Of a stretch of 28,752 bases of DNA, positions 9,664 to 17,086 are shown in pieces. The translations under genes and the position numbers were made by a program. Within the stretch, counting starts at the first letter, position 1; each line of letters starts with the position of its first letter. Origin of the DNA: Marine Group I thaumarchaeote (lineage in GTDB: Archaea; Thermoproteota; Nitrososphaeria; Nitrososphaerales; Nitrosopumilaceae). The stretch is taken from the NCBI GenBank assembly GCA_044358425.1, contig CP054849.1:244577-273328 (forward strand), read 5' to 3'. The notes under the pieces are model-generated. The model was given only the letters and a program-made list of their open reading frames with translations. It was not told where the DNA came from and ran no database searches.

Positions 9664-11112
9664 ATGTCTTCAGCAAATCCAAAGAAAATTGGAGAAAATC
9701 ATTATCAAATTGATGCTGATTCAAATCTTGGAATGAAAGTTCCTGTTAGGATTTATGCAAATGAGACATTGCTCCAAAAAATGTTATCTGATAGGACCAT
9801 AATGCAGGCTCGAAATGTTGCTTCAATTCCTGGTATTGTTAGTCATAGTGTTGTTTTACCTGATGGACACGAGGGATATGGATTTCCAGTAGGTGGAGTT
9901 GCAGCTATGGATGCTGAAGAAGGTATGATTAGTCCAGGTGGTGTAGGATATGATATTAATTGTGGGGTAAGATTACTCCGTTCAAATTTAAATGAACAAA
10001 CTGTTCGTTCAAAATTAAAAGATTTAGTTAATGATTTGTTCAGTTCCATCCCCTCTGGTGTTGGTTCAAAAGGTGCAGTTCGTTTAACAAATTCAGAATT
10101 AGATGAAGTTTTAGTTAATGGTGTAAATTGGGCTATTGAACACGGATATGGTTCATCAAATGATTCTGATGTTTGTGAAGAAAATGGTAAAATTCTAAAT
10201 GCAGATCCAAACAAAGTTTCTGATAAGGCAAGAAAACGGGGAGCTCCTCAACTTGGAAGTCTTGGTTCTGGAAATCACTTTCTTGAAATTCAAAAAGTTG
10301 AAGAAATACATGATGAAGAAGCTGCAAATAGAATGGGCATTAAAGAAGGAACAATCACTGTTTTAATTCACTGTGGTTCTAGAGGATTTGGTCATCAAGT
10401 ATGTAGTGATTATCTTCGTGTTGCTGAACAAGCTATGGAAAAATATAACATCAATTTGCCTGACAGAGAACTTGCTTGTGTTCCAAATAATTCTGAAGAA
10501 GGTGAATCGTATAGAAAAGCAATGTTTACTGCATTAAATTTTGCATGGAGTAATAGACAAATGATTACTCATTGGACTAGAAAATCATTTGAACGCGTAT
10601 TTTCTCAAACAGAATCTGATTTGGATATGAAATTAGTTTATGATGTAGCACACAATATTGCAAAAGTTGAAAAACATAATGTTAATGGTGAAGAAAGAAA
10701 ATTGGTTGTTCATAGAAAAGGCGCAACACGTGCTTTCCCTTCTAATCGTAATGAAATTCCTTCTAAATATCGAGATTTAGGTCAACCTGTTTTAGTACCT
10801 GGTTCGATGGGTACTTCAAGCTGGATTTTATTGGGTAAATCCAATTCAATGGATCTGAGTTTTGGTTCTACTGCTCATGGCGCGGGAAGAACAATGTCTA
10901 GATCAAAGGCTCGACGTAATTTTACTGAAGATAGTGTAAAGAAATCTCTTAATGATAAAGGGATATTCATCAAAGCTCTTACTCGTGATGGAGTTGTGGA
11001 AGAAACTCCTCAAGCTTACAAAGATGTTGATTCTGTAGTTAATGTATCTCATAATTTGGGGATTGCAACTAAAGTTGCAAAATTAGTGCCTATAGGAGTG
11101 ATAAAAGGATGA
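9664..11112 (+). CDS. rtcB: RNA-splicing ligase RtcB
   Basis: LPDGHEGYGFPVGG, GYDINCGVR, LGSLGSGNHF, HCGSRGFGHQ, HNIAK, HRKGATRAF, PGSMG, STAHGAGR, EETPQAYKDV. Confidence 0.97.
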   Translation: MSSANPKKIGENHYQIDADSNLGMKVPVRIYANETLLQKMLSDRTIMQARNVASIPGIVSHSVVLPDGHEGYGFPVGGVAAMDAEEGMISPGGVGYDINCGVRLLRSNLNEQTVRSKLKDLVNDLFSSIPSGVGSKGAVRLTNSELDEVLVNGVNWAIEHGYGSSNDSDVCEENGKILNADPNKVSDKARKRGAPQLGSLGSGNHFLEIQKVEEIHDEEAANRMGIKEGTITVLIHCGSRGFGHQVCSDYLRVAEQAMEKYNINLPDRELACVPNNSEEGESYRKAMFTALNFAWSNRQMITHWTRKSFERVFSQTESDLDMKLVYDVAHNIAKVEKHNVNGEERKLVVHRKGATRAFPSNRNEIPSKYRDLGQPVLVPGSMGTSSWILLGKSNSMDLSFGSTAHGAGRTMSRSKARRNFTEDSVKKSLNDKGIFIKALTRDGVVEETPQAYKDVDSVVNVSHNLGIATKVAKLVPIGVIKG

Positions 11113-11519
11113 GCGACGAAGATTCTGAACTTAAGAGATTACAGGCTAAACGTTTAGCTGAAATGCAAAAAAATATTTCCTCACGAGATGAGACTGTTGA
11201 ACCTCCAGAATCATCTGAAGAAAAAACTGTTAATCCTAGAGATGTGTTGGTTAAACAACTGGGATTTAGGGGATTGGAAGTTTTAACAAATGCTGAATCT
11301 CAGTTTCCAAATGAGACTAAAATGATCATTGATAAATTATATGAATTAATTAAAAATGGAGAAATTACTGAGAATCTTGATGGCGGAAAATTATTAGGAT
11401 TGTTTCGTTCAATTGGATTAAGTGTAAGGATGGATACTAAAATTAACATTCAACAAGATGGAAAATTTGTTTCTTTAACAGATAAACTTAGTAACAAATC
11501 TAATGATGATGTAGAATGA
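11109..11519 (+). CDS. PDCD5/MTH1615-like double-stranded DNA-binding protein
   Basis: N-terminal D.ELKRLQAKRLAEMQ helix, then RG.EVL..A..QFP...LYELIKNGEI...LD...L..L and TKINI. ATGA overlap with rtcB. Confidence 0.75.
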   Translation: MSDEDSELKRLQAKRLAEMQKNISSRDETVEPPESSEEKTVNPRDVLVKQLGFRGLEVLTNAESQFPNETKMIIDKLYELIKNGEITENLDGGKLLGLFRSIGLSVRMDTKINIQQDGKFVSLTDKLSNKSNDDVE

Positions 11520-11827
11520 GTATTACTCTAGAAATTGGAACGCAAAATTATTTGGATGATTTACTTTGTATAAAAAAACATCTTTCTCATATGGAGAGTC
11601 TTTTGAATTGTTATGCTAGCTATAATCTTAGTGAACCTTCATCAAAATTTGGTTGGACATTTTTTAAATTAGAATTCAAGTCAAATTTTCAAATTAGTAT
11701 ATCTGAAAAATTTTCTGATATTCTTGCAAAATATCAATATAATGATGACGCAGGAAAATTTACTAAATTTATGAGTGATTATTTTGCTGCTAGAGGTTGT
11801 AATGTTAAAGTAAATTCTATTACCTAA
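11516..11827 (+). CDS. Hypothetical protein (103 aa)
   Basis: ATGA-coupled to the previous gene. Fills the space up to the convergent rps11. Confidence 0.7.
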   Translation: MSITLEIGTQNYLDDLLCIKKHLSHMESLLNCYASYNLSEPSSKFGWTFFKLEFKSNFQISISEKFSDILAKYQYNDDAGKFTKFMSDYFAARGCNVKVNSIT

Positions 11828-12327
11828 ACTCTTCTTCCTCTTTTACCACCTTTCTTTCTGGTAGTATCGTGAGGAATTGGTGTTACATCATCAATTCTTC
11901 CAATTTTAAATCCGCCTCTTGCTAGTGCTCTGATAGCTGCTTGTGCACCTGGACCTGGAACTCTTGAACCAACTCCTCCTACTGCACGAACTCTGATATG
12001 AAATCCTGTGAATCCTTTTGTTCTTGTTGATTCAACTACTGCATTTGCAGCTTTCATTGCAGCAAATGGTGATGATTCGTATCTGTCTGCATTAACATGA
12101 TTTCCGCCAGAACTGATGGCTACTGTTTCGCCACCTGTGAGATCTGTCATATGAATAATTGTATTGTTATAACTGCTGTAAATGTGAGCAATACCCCATT
12201 TTTCTGGACCTTCTTTTTTAGCCTCAGGTTGATTTTGTGTTTCAACTACTGCCTCAGTTTCTTGTGTTTCAACTACTGCCTCAGTTGTTTCAACTGGTGC
12301 TTCGACTTCAGCTTCTATTTCTGACAA
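11824..12327 (-). CDS. rps11: 30S ribosomal protein S11 (uS11) with acidic N-terminal extension
   Basis: [25 protein letters not shown]...[35 protein letters not shown] start. Confidence 0.96.
   Translation of the reverse strand: MSEIEAEVEAPVETTEAVVETQETEAVVETQNQPEAKKEGPEKWGIAHIYSSYNNTIIHMTDLTGGETVAISSGGNHVNADRYESSPFAAMKAANAVVESTRTKGFTGFHIRVRAVGGVGSRVPGPGAQAAIRALARGGFKIGRIDDVTPIPHDTTRKKGGKRGRRV
12235..12286. repeat. 27-bp-period tandem duplication inside rps11 (TEAVVETQ x2)
   Basis: TTGTGTTTCAACTACTGCCTCAGTT occurs at 12235-12259 and 12262-12286. In frame. Confidence 0.9.
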
Positions 12328-12442
12328 TGTTTACCAGATCTTAAAGGGTTTAAAAAACATTGATTTCGGAAAATCATTAGATTTTGGTCACTTGGGTTAA
12401 AATGATTCATTATTCATATACTATAATTTATGAATATTTTTG

Positions 12443-12763
12443 ATGGCTTCTATTATTTTATTACTAATTGTTGTTGCAGTAGCTGCTGCATTATTGGGTT
12501 CTGTTTTGATCCAAAATCTAACATCGATCAATGATGTAATTTTATCTCCTATAGAAAAAAAATGTCAAGAAATTGCAAATGAAGGATACAAAATGCATAC
12601 CTTATACCCCAATTCAAACCCAGATGAGCTTTTAGAAAATGATAGGGAGCGATTGTTATATCTTGATGATTTGTGGATGAAAGAATGTGTTTCGGTTTTA
12701 CCAACTGAATCAATTTTTAATATTGTAAATAATGTTGAGAGAGATTTTTCTTTTGGTCAATAA
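12443..12763 (+). CDS. Hypothetical membrane-anchored/secreted protein
   Basis: Hydrophobic N-terminus (IILLLIVVAVAAALLG) followed by a soluble part with two Cys. ATG at 12443 (track uses TTG 12440). Confidence 0.75.
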   Translation: MASIILLLIVVAVAAALLGSVLIQNLTSINDVILSPIEKKCQEIANEGYKMHTLYPNSNPDELLENDRERLLYLDDLWMKECVSVLPTESIFNIVNNVERDFSFGQ

Positions 12764-13714
12764 TTACTTAAAATGTTTCCACCCTAAATCTTTTAATTTG
12801 AATTCCTCGTTATTATTTTGCACATATACTCCTTTTCCTGATGCTACATAACCAATTTCAATTATTGGTGTTTTCAATAATATTGAATTTTTTATTATAG
12901 TTTTTCTATATTTTGAAGGAATTGTAAATACAAATTCATACTCCTCACCTCCATTAAATATTGCTGAATTTAAATCTCTATTGTGTTTTTTAAAATAATT
13001 TTCTAAATCCTTGTTGATTGGTATTTTATTAATAATAAATTTTTTTTTACTTTGTTTTGACATTTCATTTAATGTTGTTGATAAACCATCACTAGAATCC
13101 ATAGATGATGAAAAATATCTTTTATTTTTTAACCCATAATCTAGTCTTGGTTTTGGATTTGTTACTGCTTTAACGGATTTTTTTATCAAATTGTTTGTTT
13201 TTTTAGTATCTCCCAAAAGAATCTCTAATCCTAATGATGTGTACCCAAATGGACCTGTTGTAAATATCAAATCTCCTTTAGTGGAACCTTTTCTAGTAAC
13301 AATTCTATCTGATTTTCCAAAAATGCAAACGTTAAAGACAATTTCTTTTCCTTCATTTGTATCTCCTCCAACTATTGAAATTTCATATTCCTTGCATGCT
13401 TTTTTAAATCCATTTGCAATATTGGTAATTTCTTTTGTTGAAATAGATTTAGGTATGTTTATTGAAATTATTCCATATTCTGGCTTAATTCCTTTTGATG
13501 CAAAATCACTTACACATGCAATTACGCTTTTTCGTGATGCATCCAATAATCTCATTTTTTGTGGAATGTCTGTACTTTGAACCATTGTATCTGTTTTTGC
13601 TATGATTTTTGTTTTTCCTAAGGTAAATCTTTCAACATCTTCAGAAATAAATTTTTTATTTCCTAATTTTCTTTGAAAAATATCAATTATTTTCTTTTCA
13701 TCTAATTTTTTCAT
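12764..13714 (-). CDS. thiL: Thiamine-phosphate kinase
   Basis: E..IID, SDFASKG, IVGGDTN, TG.FG, SMDSSDGL, GGEEYE, IEIG, GWKHF. Confidence 0.92.
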   Translation of the reverse strand: MKKLDEKKIIDIFQRKLGNKKFISEDVERFTLGKTKIIAKTDTMVQSTDIPQKMRLLDASRKSVIACVSDFASKGIKPEYGIISINIPKSISTKEITNIANGFKKACKEYEISIVGGDTNEGKEIVFNVCIFGKSDRIVTRKGSTKGDLIFTTGPFGYTSLGLEILLGDTKKTNNLIKKSVKAVTNPKPRLDYGLKNKRYFSSSMDSSDGLSTTLNEMSKQSKKKFIINKIPINKDLENYFKKHNRDLNSAIFNGGEEYEFVFTIPSKYRKTIIKNSILLKTPIIEIGYVASGKGVYVQNNNEEFKLKDLGWKHFK

Positions 13715-14996
13715 AATTCTCTTTTACCAATCGTATAGTGTCATTAACAATCATTTTACATTTTTCCTTATCATTTGATTCCCCTGAAATTCTAATTATG
13801 TCTTCTGTATTTGATTTTCTAATTAAAATCCATGTGTCCTCATCAATAATTACTTTAATTCCATCACGTGCATCTATCTCTGAATATTTTTTCATGAAAC
13901 TATTTTTTACATTTTCAATTATTTTTTCATGATGATTGGAATCAACTTTTATTTTCTCTCTTATCTGAAAATAATTTTCCATATAATTTATTATTTCAGT
14001 AAATTTTGAATTTTTTAACATTGATGATATTAAACCACTTGTAAGAATACCTTCCCTACAATAATTGAATTCAGGTAAAATAAATCCCGCACTGCTTCCT
14101 TCTCCGCCAGCTTGCGAATTATTCTTTATCATATCTTCTATTACATTTGCTTCACCTACTTTTGATCTTACAACTATTCCACCTTTTTCTTTGATGAATT
14201 TTTCAATTGAAACACTAGTGTCTAAACTCAAAACAAACTTTTTGTATCCTAATTCCAATGATTTTGCAACACCTAAACCAAGTGTTACATCTGGAGTCTG
14301 TTTTTTTCCTTTTTTTACAACCACTAAACGATCTCCGTCTAAATCAAATGCAAATCCAATCTCTTTATCGTTTGAAATTTTACTTAATTCAATTAATTCA
14401 TCTGATGTAGGATCTGGACCTCTAGAACAGCCTAAAAGTTCTTGATTAATTATTTCTACATCACATCCAATTTTTCTTAGTAAATTTTCTGCAAAATCTT
14501 TTGCTGCTCCTCCTCCGTTATCTATTACAATTTTAGGTGAATTTTCTACATTGCCAATGATTCTGCTTGCATCTTCAACATATGTTGATTTTATTTGCTT
14601 AATTTTACCAATTTTTGATTTTAAAATTTTTTGATGATTAATTATGTTGGGGAGTTCTTTTTCATTAATGCCTCTTCCATCCAAAATGAATTTCATTCCA
14701 TTCCATTCTATTGGATTGTGTGATGAAGAAATAATTATTCCTGCGCCATATTTTCTTGATTCTCTAAATACTACTGGAGTGGGTACCATTCCTAAATCAA
14801 AAACATCAATTCCGTTTTTCATTAGAACTGCACCGATTGTTTCTTGAATCATTTTTCCAGAAGGTCGTGTATCTCTTCCAATTACGCATTTTTCAGATTT
14901 AATTAATGATGAAAAATTGTTAGTAAATTCAATTATGTCTTTTAGATTAAGATCCTCTCCAAATATTCCTCTGATACCTGAAATTGTTTTTTTCAA
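13698..14996 (-). CDS. Phosphohexomutase (PMM/PGM or GlmM family)
   Basis: SGIRG, GRDTRPSG, PTP, SSSHNP (phosphoserine loop), DLDGDR (metal loop), VGE, GGE.S, IRKSNTE. Confidence 0.9.
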   Translation of the reverse strand: MKKTISGIRGIFGEDLNLKDIIEFTNNFSSLIKSEKCVIGRDTRPSGKMIQETIGAVLMKNGIDVFDLGMVPTPVVFRESRKYGAGIIISSSHNPIEWNGMKFILDGRGINEKELPNIINHQKILKSKIGKIKQIKSTYVEDASRIIGNVENSPKIVIDNGGGAAKDFAENLLRKIGCDVEIINQELLGCSRGPDPTSDELIELSKISNDKEIGFAFDLDGDRLVVVKKGKKQTPDVTLGLGVAKSLELGYKKFVLSLDTSVSIEKFIKEKGGIVVRSKVGEANVIEDMIKNNSQAGGEGSSAGFILPEFNYCREGILTSGLISSMLKNSKFTEIINYMENYFQIREKIKVDSNHHEKIIENVKNSFMKKYSEIDARDGIKVIIDEDTWILIRKSNTEDIIRISGESNDKEKCKMIVNDTIRLVKENYEKIR

Positions 14997-15007
14997 TTAC
15001 CCAAAGT

Positions 15008-15027
15008 CGGAAAGGCTTTTTATTAAC
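15008..15027 (+). promoter_or_regulatory. BRE/TATA promoter of tRNA-Thr
   Basis: CGGAAAGGC-TTTTTATTAA ends about 23 nt before the tRNA. Confidence 0.55.
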
Positions 15028-15049
15028 TCTGATGGATTTATTCATTCGT

Positions 15050-15123
15050 GCCTTGGTAGCTCAGCCTGGTAGAGCACCTGATTCGTAATCAGTAGGTCGC
15101 GGGTTCAGATCCCGTTCAAGGCT
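15050..15123 (+). tRNA. tRNA-Thr (anticodon CGT)
   Basis: Cloverleaf: acceptor GCCTTGG/TCAAGGC, D stem GCTC/GAGC, anticodon loop TT-CGT-AA, T arm GCGGG-TTCAGAT-CCCGT, U73. No intron, no encoded CCA. Confidence 0.95.
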
Positions 15124-15162
15124 CTTTTAAAATTTTTAAAATCATTTGGAAAAATCGTTGTA

Positions 15163-15303
15163 TTATTCGTCTAGAGTTTCAATATCTATTTCTAACTCTT
15201 TGCCTAAACCTATCCACCATTGTTTTGTTTGTTCTGTCATGATCCCTTTTACTTTCTTAAAATGCTCCTTAATAGATCTGTCGGTTGATAAATAATTGAT
15301 CAA
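15163..15303 (-). CDS. Possible small ORF or gene remnant (46 aa from TTG, 25 aa from ATG 15240)
   Basis: Manually translated: MINYLSTDRSIKEHFKKVKGIMTEQTKQWWIGLGKELEIDIETLDE*. Protein-like composition, start uncertain. Confidence 0.35.
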   Translation of the reverse strand: MINYLSTDRSIKEHFKKVKGIMTEQTKQWWIGLGKELEIDIETLDE

Positions 15304-15328
15304 TTGATAATTTTTTGTAAAATTATTT

Positions 15329-15523
15329 CTATTCTAATCCTGCTTGTTTTCTTTTTCTTTTTCTATACAAGATGATTATTAGAGTTGCACCTGCACATCC
15401 CCAAAACAATGGTGTTAATCCATTTCCAATACCAAGTGGTATCAGTGTATCTAATGCTCCAACAAATCCTAAAATCATAATTGACACAAGTACTAATCCT
15501 ATTATTTCTAGTATTTTTGACAT
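15329..15523 (-). CDS. Small two-TM membrane protein
   Basis: Two hydrophobic segments and a basic tail (YRKRKRK). Likely ATG at 15523 (track extends to TTG 15550). Confidence 0.7.
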   Translation of the reverse strand: MSKILEIIGLVLVSIMILGFVGALDTLIPLGIGNGLTPLFWGCAGATLIIILYRKRKRKQAGLE

Positions 15524-15582
15524 ATTTTCTACTCTATTCTCTGGAATCAAAAAGATATATGGTTTTGTAAAATAGGTAAGGT

Positions 15583-15801
15583 ATGGACAAGTATCTTACA
15601 ATCATCTTAATTTTCATGGTTGTAGGAATTCCTATTGCTTGGGTTTCGCCGATGACTGGAGAAGTACGTGAACAACCACTTCTTCCACTATTTTATGGCT
15701 CTATTGGTGGTATAATCTTCATTCTTTTCTATGGTGGATACAAAGATAAAAAAGCAAGAGAGAAACTTAATGCTAAAAGAAAAAGATCTAAAAAGAAATA
15801 G
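15583..15801 (+). CDS. Small two-TM membrane protein
   Basis: Two hydrophobic segments and a Lys/Arg-rich C-terminal tail. Divergent from the previous gene. Confidence 0.75.
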   Translation: MDKYLTIILIFMVVGIPIAWVSPMTGEVREQPLLPLFYGSIGGIIFILFYGGYKDKKAREKLNAKRKRSKKK

Positions 15802-15803
15802 AA

Positions 15804-16085
15804 TTAAAGTTCTAAACCAAATGATTCTGCAATACTTGAAAAATTGACATATGATTCTAAGTATTGTCTACCTTTTGATGTAATGACAAATGTGTTTTTT
15901 CCATCATATTCAATTTTGTTAATTAGGCCAGCACCTGTCAAATTATTCAAAAATTTTGATAGTCTAGAATGTGATAAGTTTGCTTTAGTTAGGAGTGATG
16001 TGGTTTTGATACCTTCTTGGCCTGATAATTGGGTGACTGTCAACAGATCTGCAACAATTTGCATACTAGTTCTGTAAGCTACCAT
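15804..16085 (-). CDS. Winged helix-turn-helix transcriptional regulator (archaeal HTH_45-like)
   Basis: YRTSMQIVADLL...KTTSLLTKANLSHSRLSKFL..L...GLI...FVITSKGRQYL. Likely start ATG 16085 rather than 16130. Confidence 0.88.
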   Translation of the reverse strand: MVAYRTSMQIVADLLTVTQLSGQEGIKTTSLLTKANLSHSRLSKFLNNLTGAGLINKIEYDGKNTFVITSKGRQYLESYVNFSSIAESFGLEL

Positions 16086-16169
16086 GTGGGATATAATGAA
16101 AAACTCAGATATAAGGGTATTACAATTCATTCAGATCAGATAAATAAGCTCTTCTTGCATTTTTTTATA

Positions 16170-16754
16170 ATGTCTTCTCAATCACCAATACCTTGGTATG
16201 ACGATTTTGTGGGTGTTGCATATAGATACTATGATCTTAGAATGAATGTAGTTCCTTTAATTGCTGATAGAAAACAATCTGCTTCCCTCTGGCATGATAC
16301 TATTCATTGGTGGGTAGATCCATCAATTAAAATCAGATTTGTTGAAATGGAAAATGATTATTGGTTTATCATGGGATCTGATTCTCAAAAACCTGATGCA
16401 AATTTAGCTTTTTTCAAAATATTGCCAAAATCTGAACATTATGAACGATTCAAAAAGGGTCATGGTGGTGAAGCCTATCTTAGATTAGGAGTTTATACAC
16501 AAAAATCTCTAAATGATGCCAAAAAAAATGATTCGTGTAGTTGTGGTCATGAAGCACAAGATCATGATGAGGGTGATGATGATGTTTGTTTATTCAATGA
16601 TTGTAGTTGTAAAGCATTTTCTACTTTTCAAGTGAATTTATTGAAAAGAAAAAAAACTATAACTGATATCAAATTTTTAGAGGAAAATGATGTTAAAGAT
16701 GATCCTCTTGCATGGAACTGTTTTAATGTGAATAAATATTCAAAGACAGAATAA
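16170..16754 (+). CDS. Hypothetical protein with a Cys/His metal-binding insert
   Basis: Likely start ATG 16170, which avoids overlap with the wHTH gene. Contains CSCGHEAQDH-x7-C-x4-CSCKAF. Confidence 0.8.
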   Translation: MSSQSPIPWYDDFVGVAYRYYDLRMNVVPLIADRKQSASLWHDTIHWWVDPSIKIRFVEMENDYWFIMGSDSQKPDANLAFFKILPKSEHYERFKKGHGGEAYLRLGVYTQKSLNDAKKNDSCSCGHEAQDHDEGDDDVCLFNDCSCKAFSTFQVNLLKRKKTITDIKFLEENDVKDDPLAWNCFNVNKYSKTE

Positions 16755-16755
16755 A

Positions 16756-16923
16756 TTAATCTAAATCCTTGTTAACTCTGATGTGATCCCCTGGATAATG
16801 TTCGTGAACTTTTTTTGAATAACATTTTCCACACATTATTCCTTCAATTCCCCATTCATCCATTGGATTGTAGCGTTGTTTTACTTTCTCATTACAAATG
16901 GTACATTTTTCTTTTAAACCCAA
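16756..16923 (-). CDS. Small C4 zinc-finger protein, 55 aa (not in the ORF track)
   Basis: Manually translated from TTG: MGLKEKCTICNEKVKQRYNPMDEWGIEGIMCGKCYSKKVHEHYPGDHIRVNKDLD*. Two CxxC motifs. TTTTTTATAT about 25 nt upstream on -. Confidence 0.85.
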   Translation of the reverse strand: MGLKEKCTICNEKVKQRYNPMDEWGIEGIMCGKCYSKKVHEHYPGDHIRVNKDLD

Positions 16924-17018
16924 TTCGATTTTTTCTATTTTTCATCAATATAAAAAACATGCTAGATTCTTCATATTTGAGAAAATTATGTTAAATATTA
17001 CGTATTTCTCATTAAATC

Positions 17019-17085
17019 AGGTAGCTAGTTTAACCAATGTAAACCTCCTGCAAGATTTTTACTTGGTTAGGCTACTGCCTTTCTT
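17019..17085 (+). ncRNA. Candidate structured small RNA (long imperfect hairpin)
   Basis: 23 bp stem from 17019-17043 pairing with 17058-17080, with 2 single-nt bulges and 3 G-U pairs on +. 14-nt loop starting CCUCCU. TTAAATA at 16991-16997 upstream and pyrimidine tail downstream. Confidence 0.4.
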
Positions 17086-17086
17086 A

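Noticed and set aside
12361-12376. Short palindrome TGATTT-CGGA-AAATCA upstream of rps11
   Set aside because: Only 6 bp and AT-rich, overlapping probable core promoter elements. Not distinguishable from chance.
15076-15093. C-U mismatch at the top of the tRNA-Thr anticodon stem as a sign of pseudogenisation
   Set aside because: A single terminal mismatch is tolerated in tRNAs. All other arms, invariant bases and the promoter look intact.
16029-16169. Head-to-head overlap of the wHTH and 241-aa ORFs as listed in the track
   Set aside because: Artefact of longest-ORF start choice. ATGs at 16085 (-) and 16170 (+) leave a normal divergent promoter.
16756-17037. Stop-codon readthrough or selenocysteine extension linking the SD-led mini-ORF (17037) in frame to the Zn-finger gene
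   Set aside because: The frame matches, but three TGA codons intervene, the intervening peptide is not protein-like, and the Zn-finger gene has its own TATA-like element.
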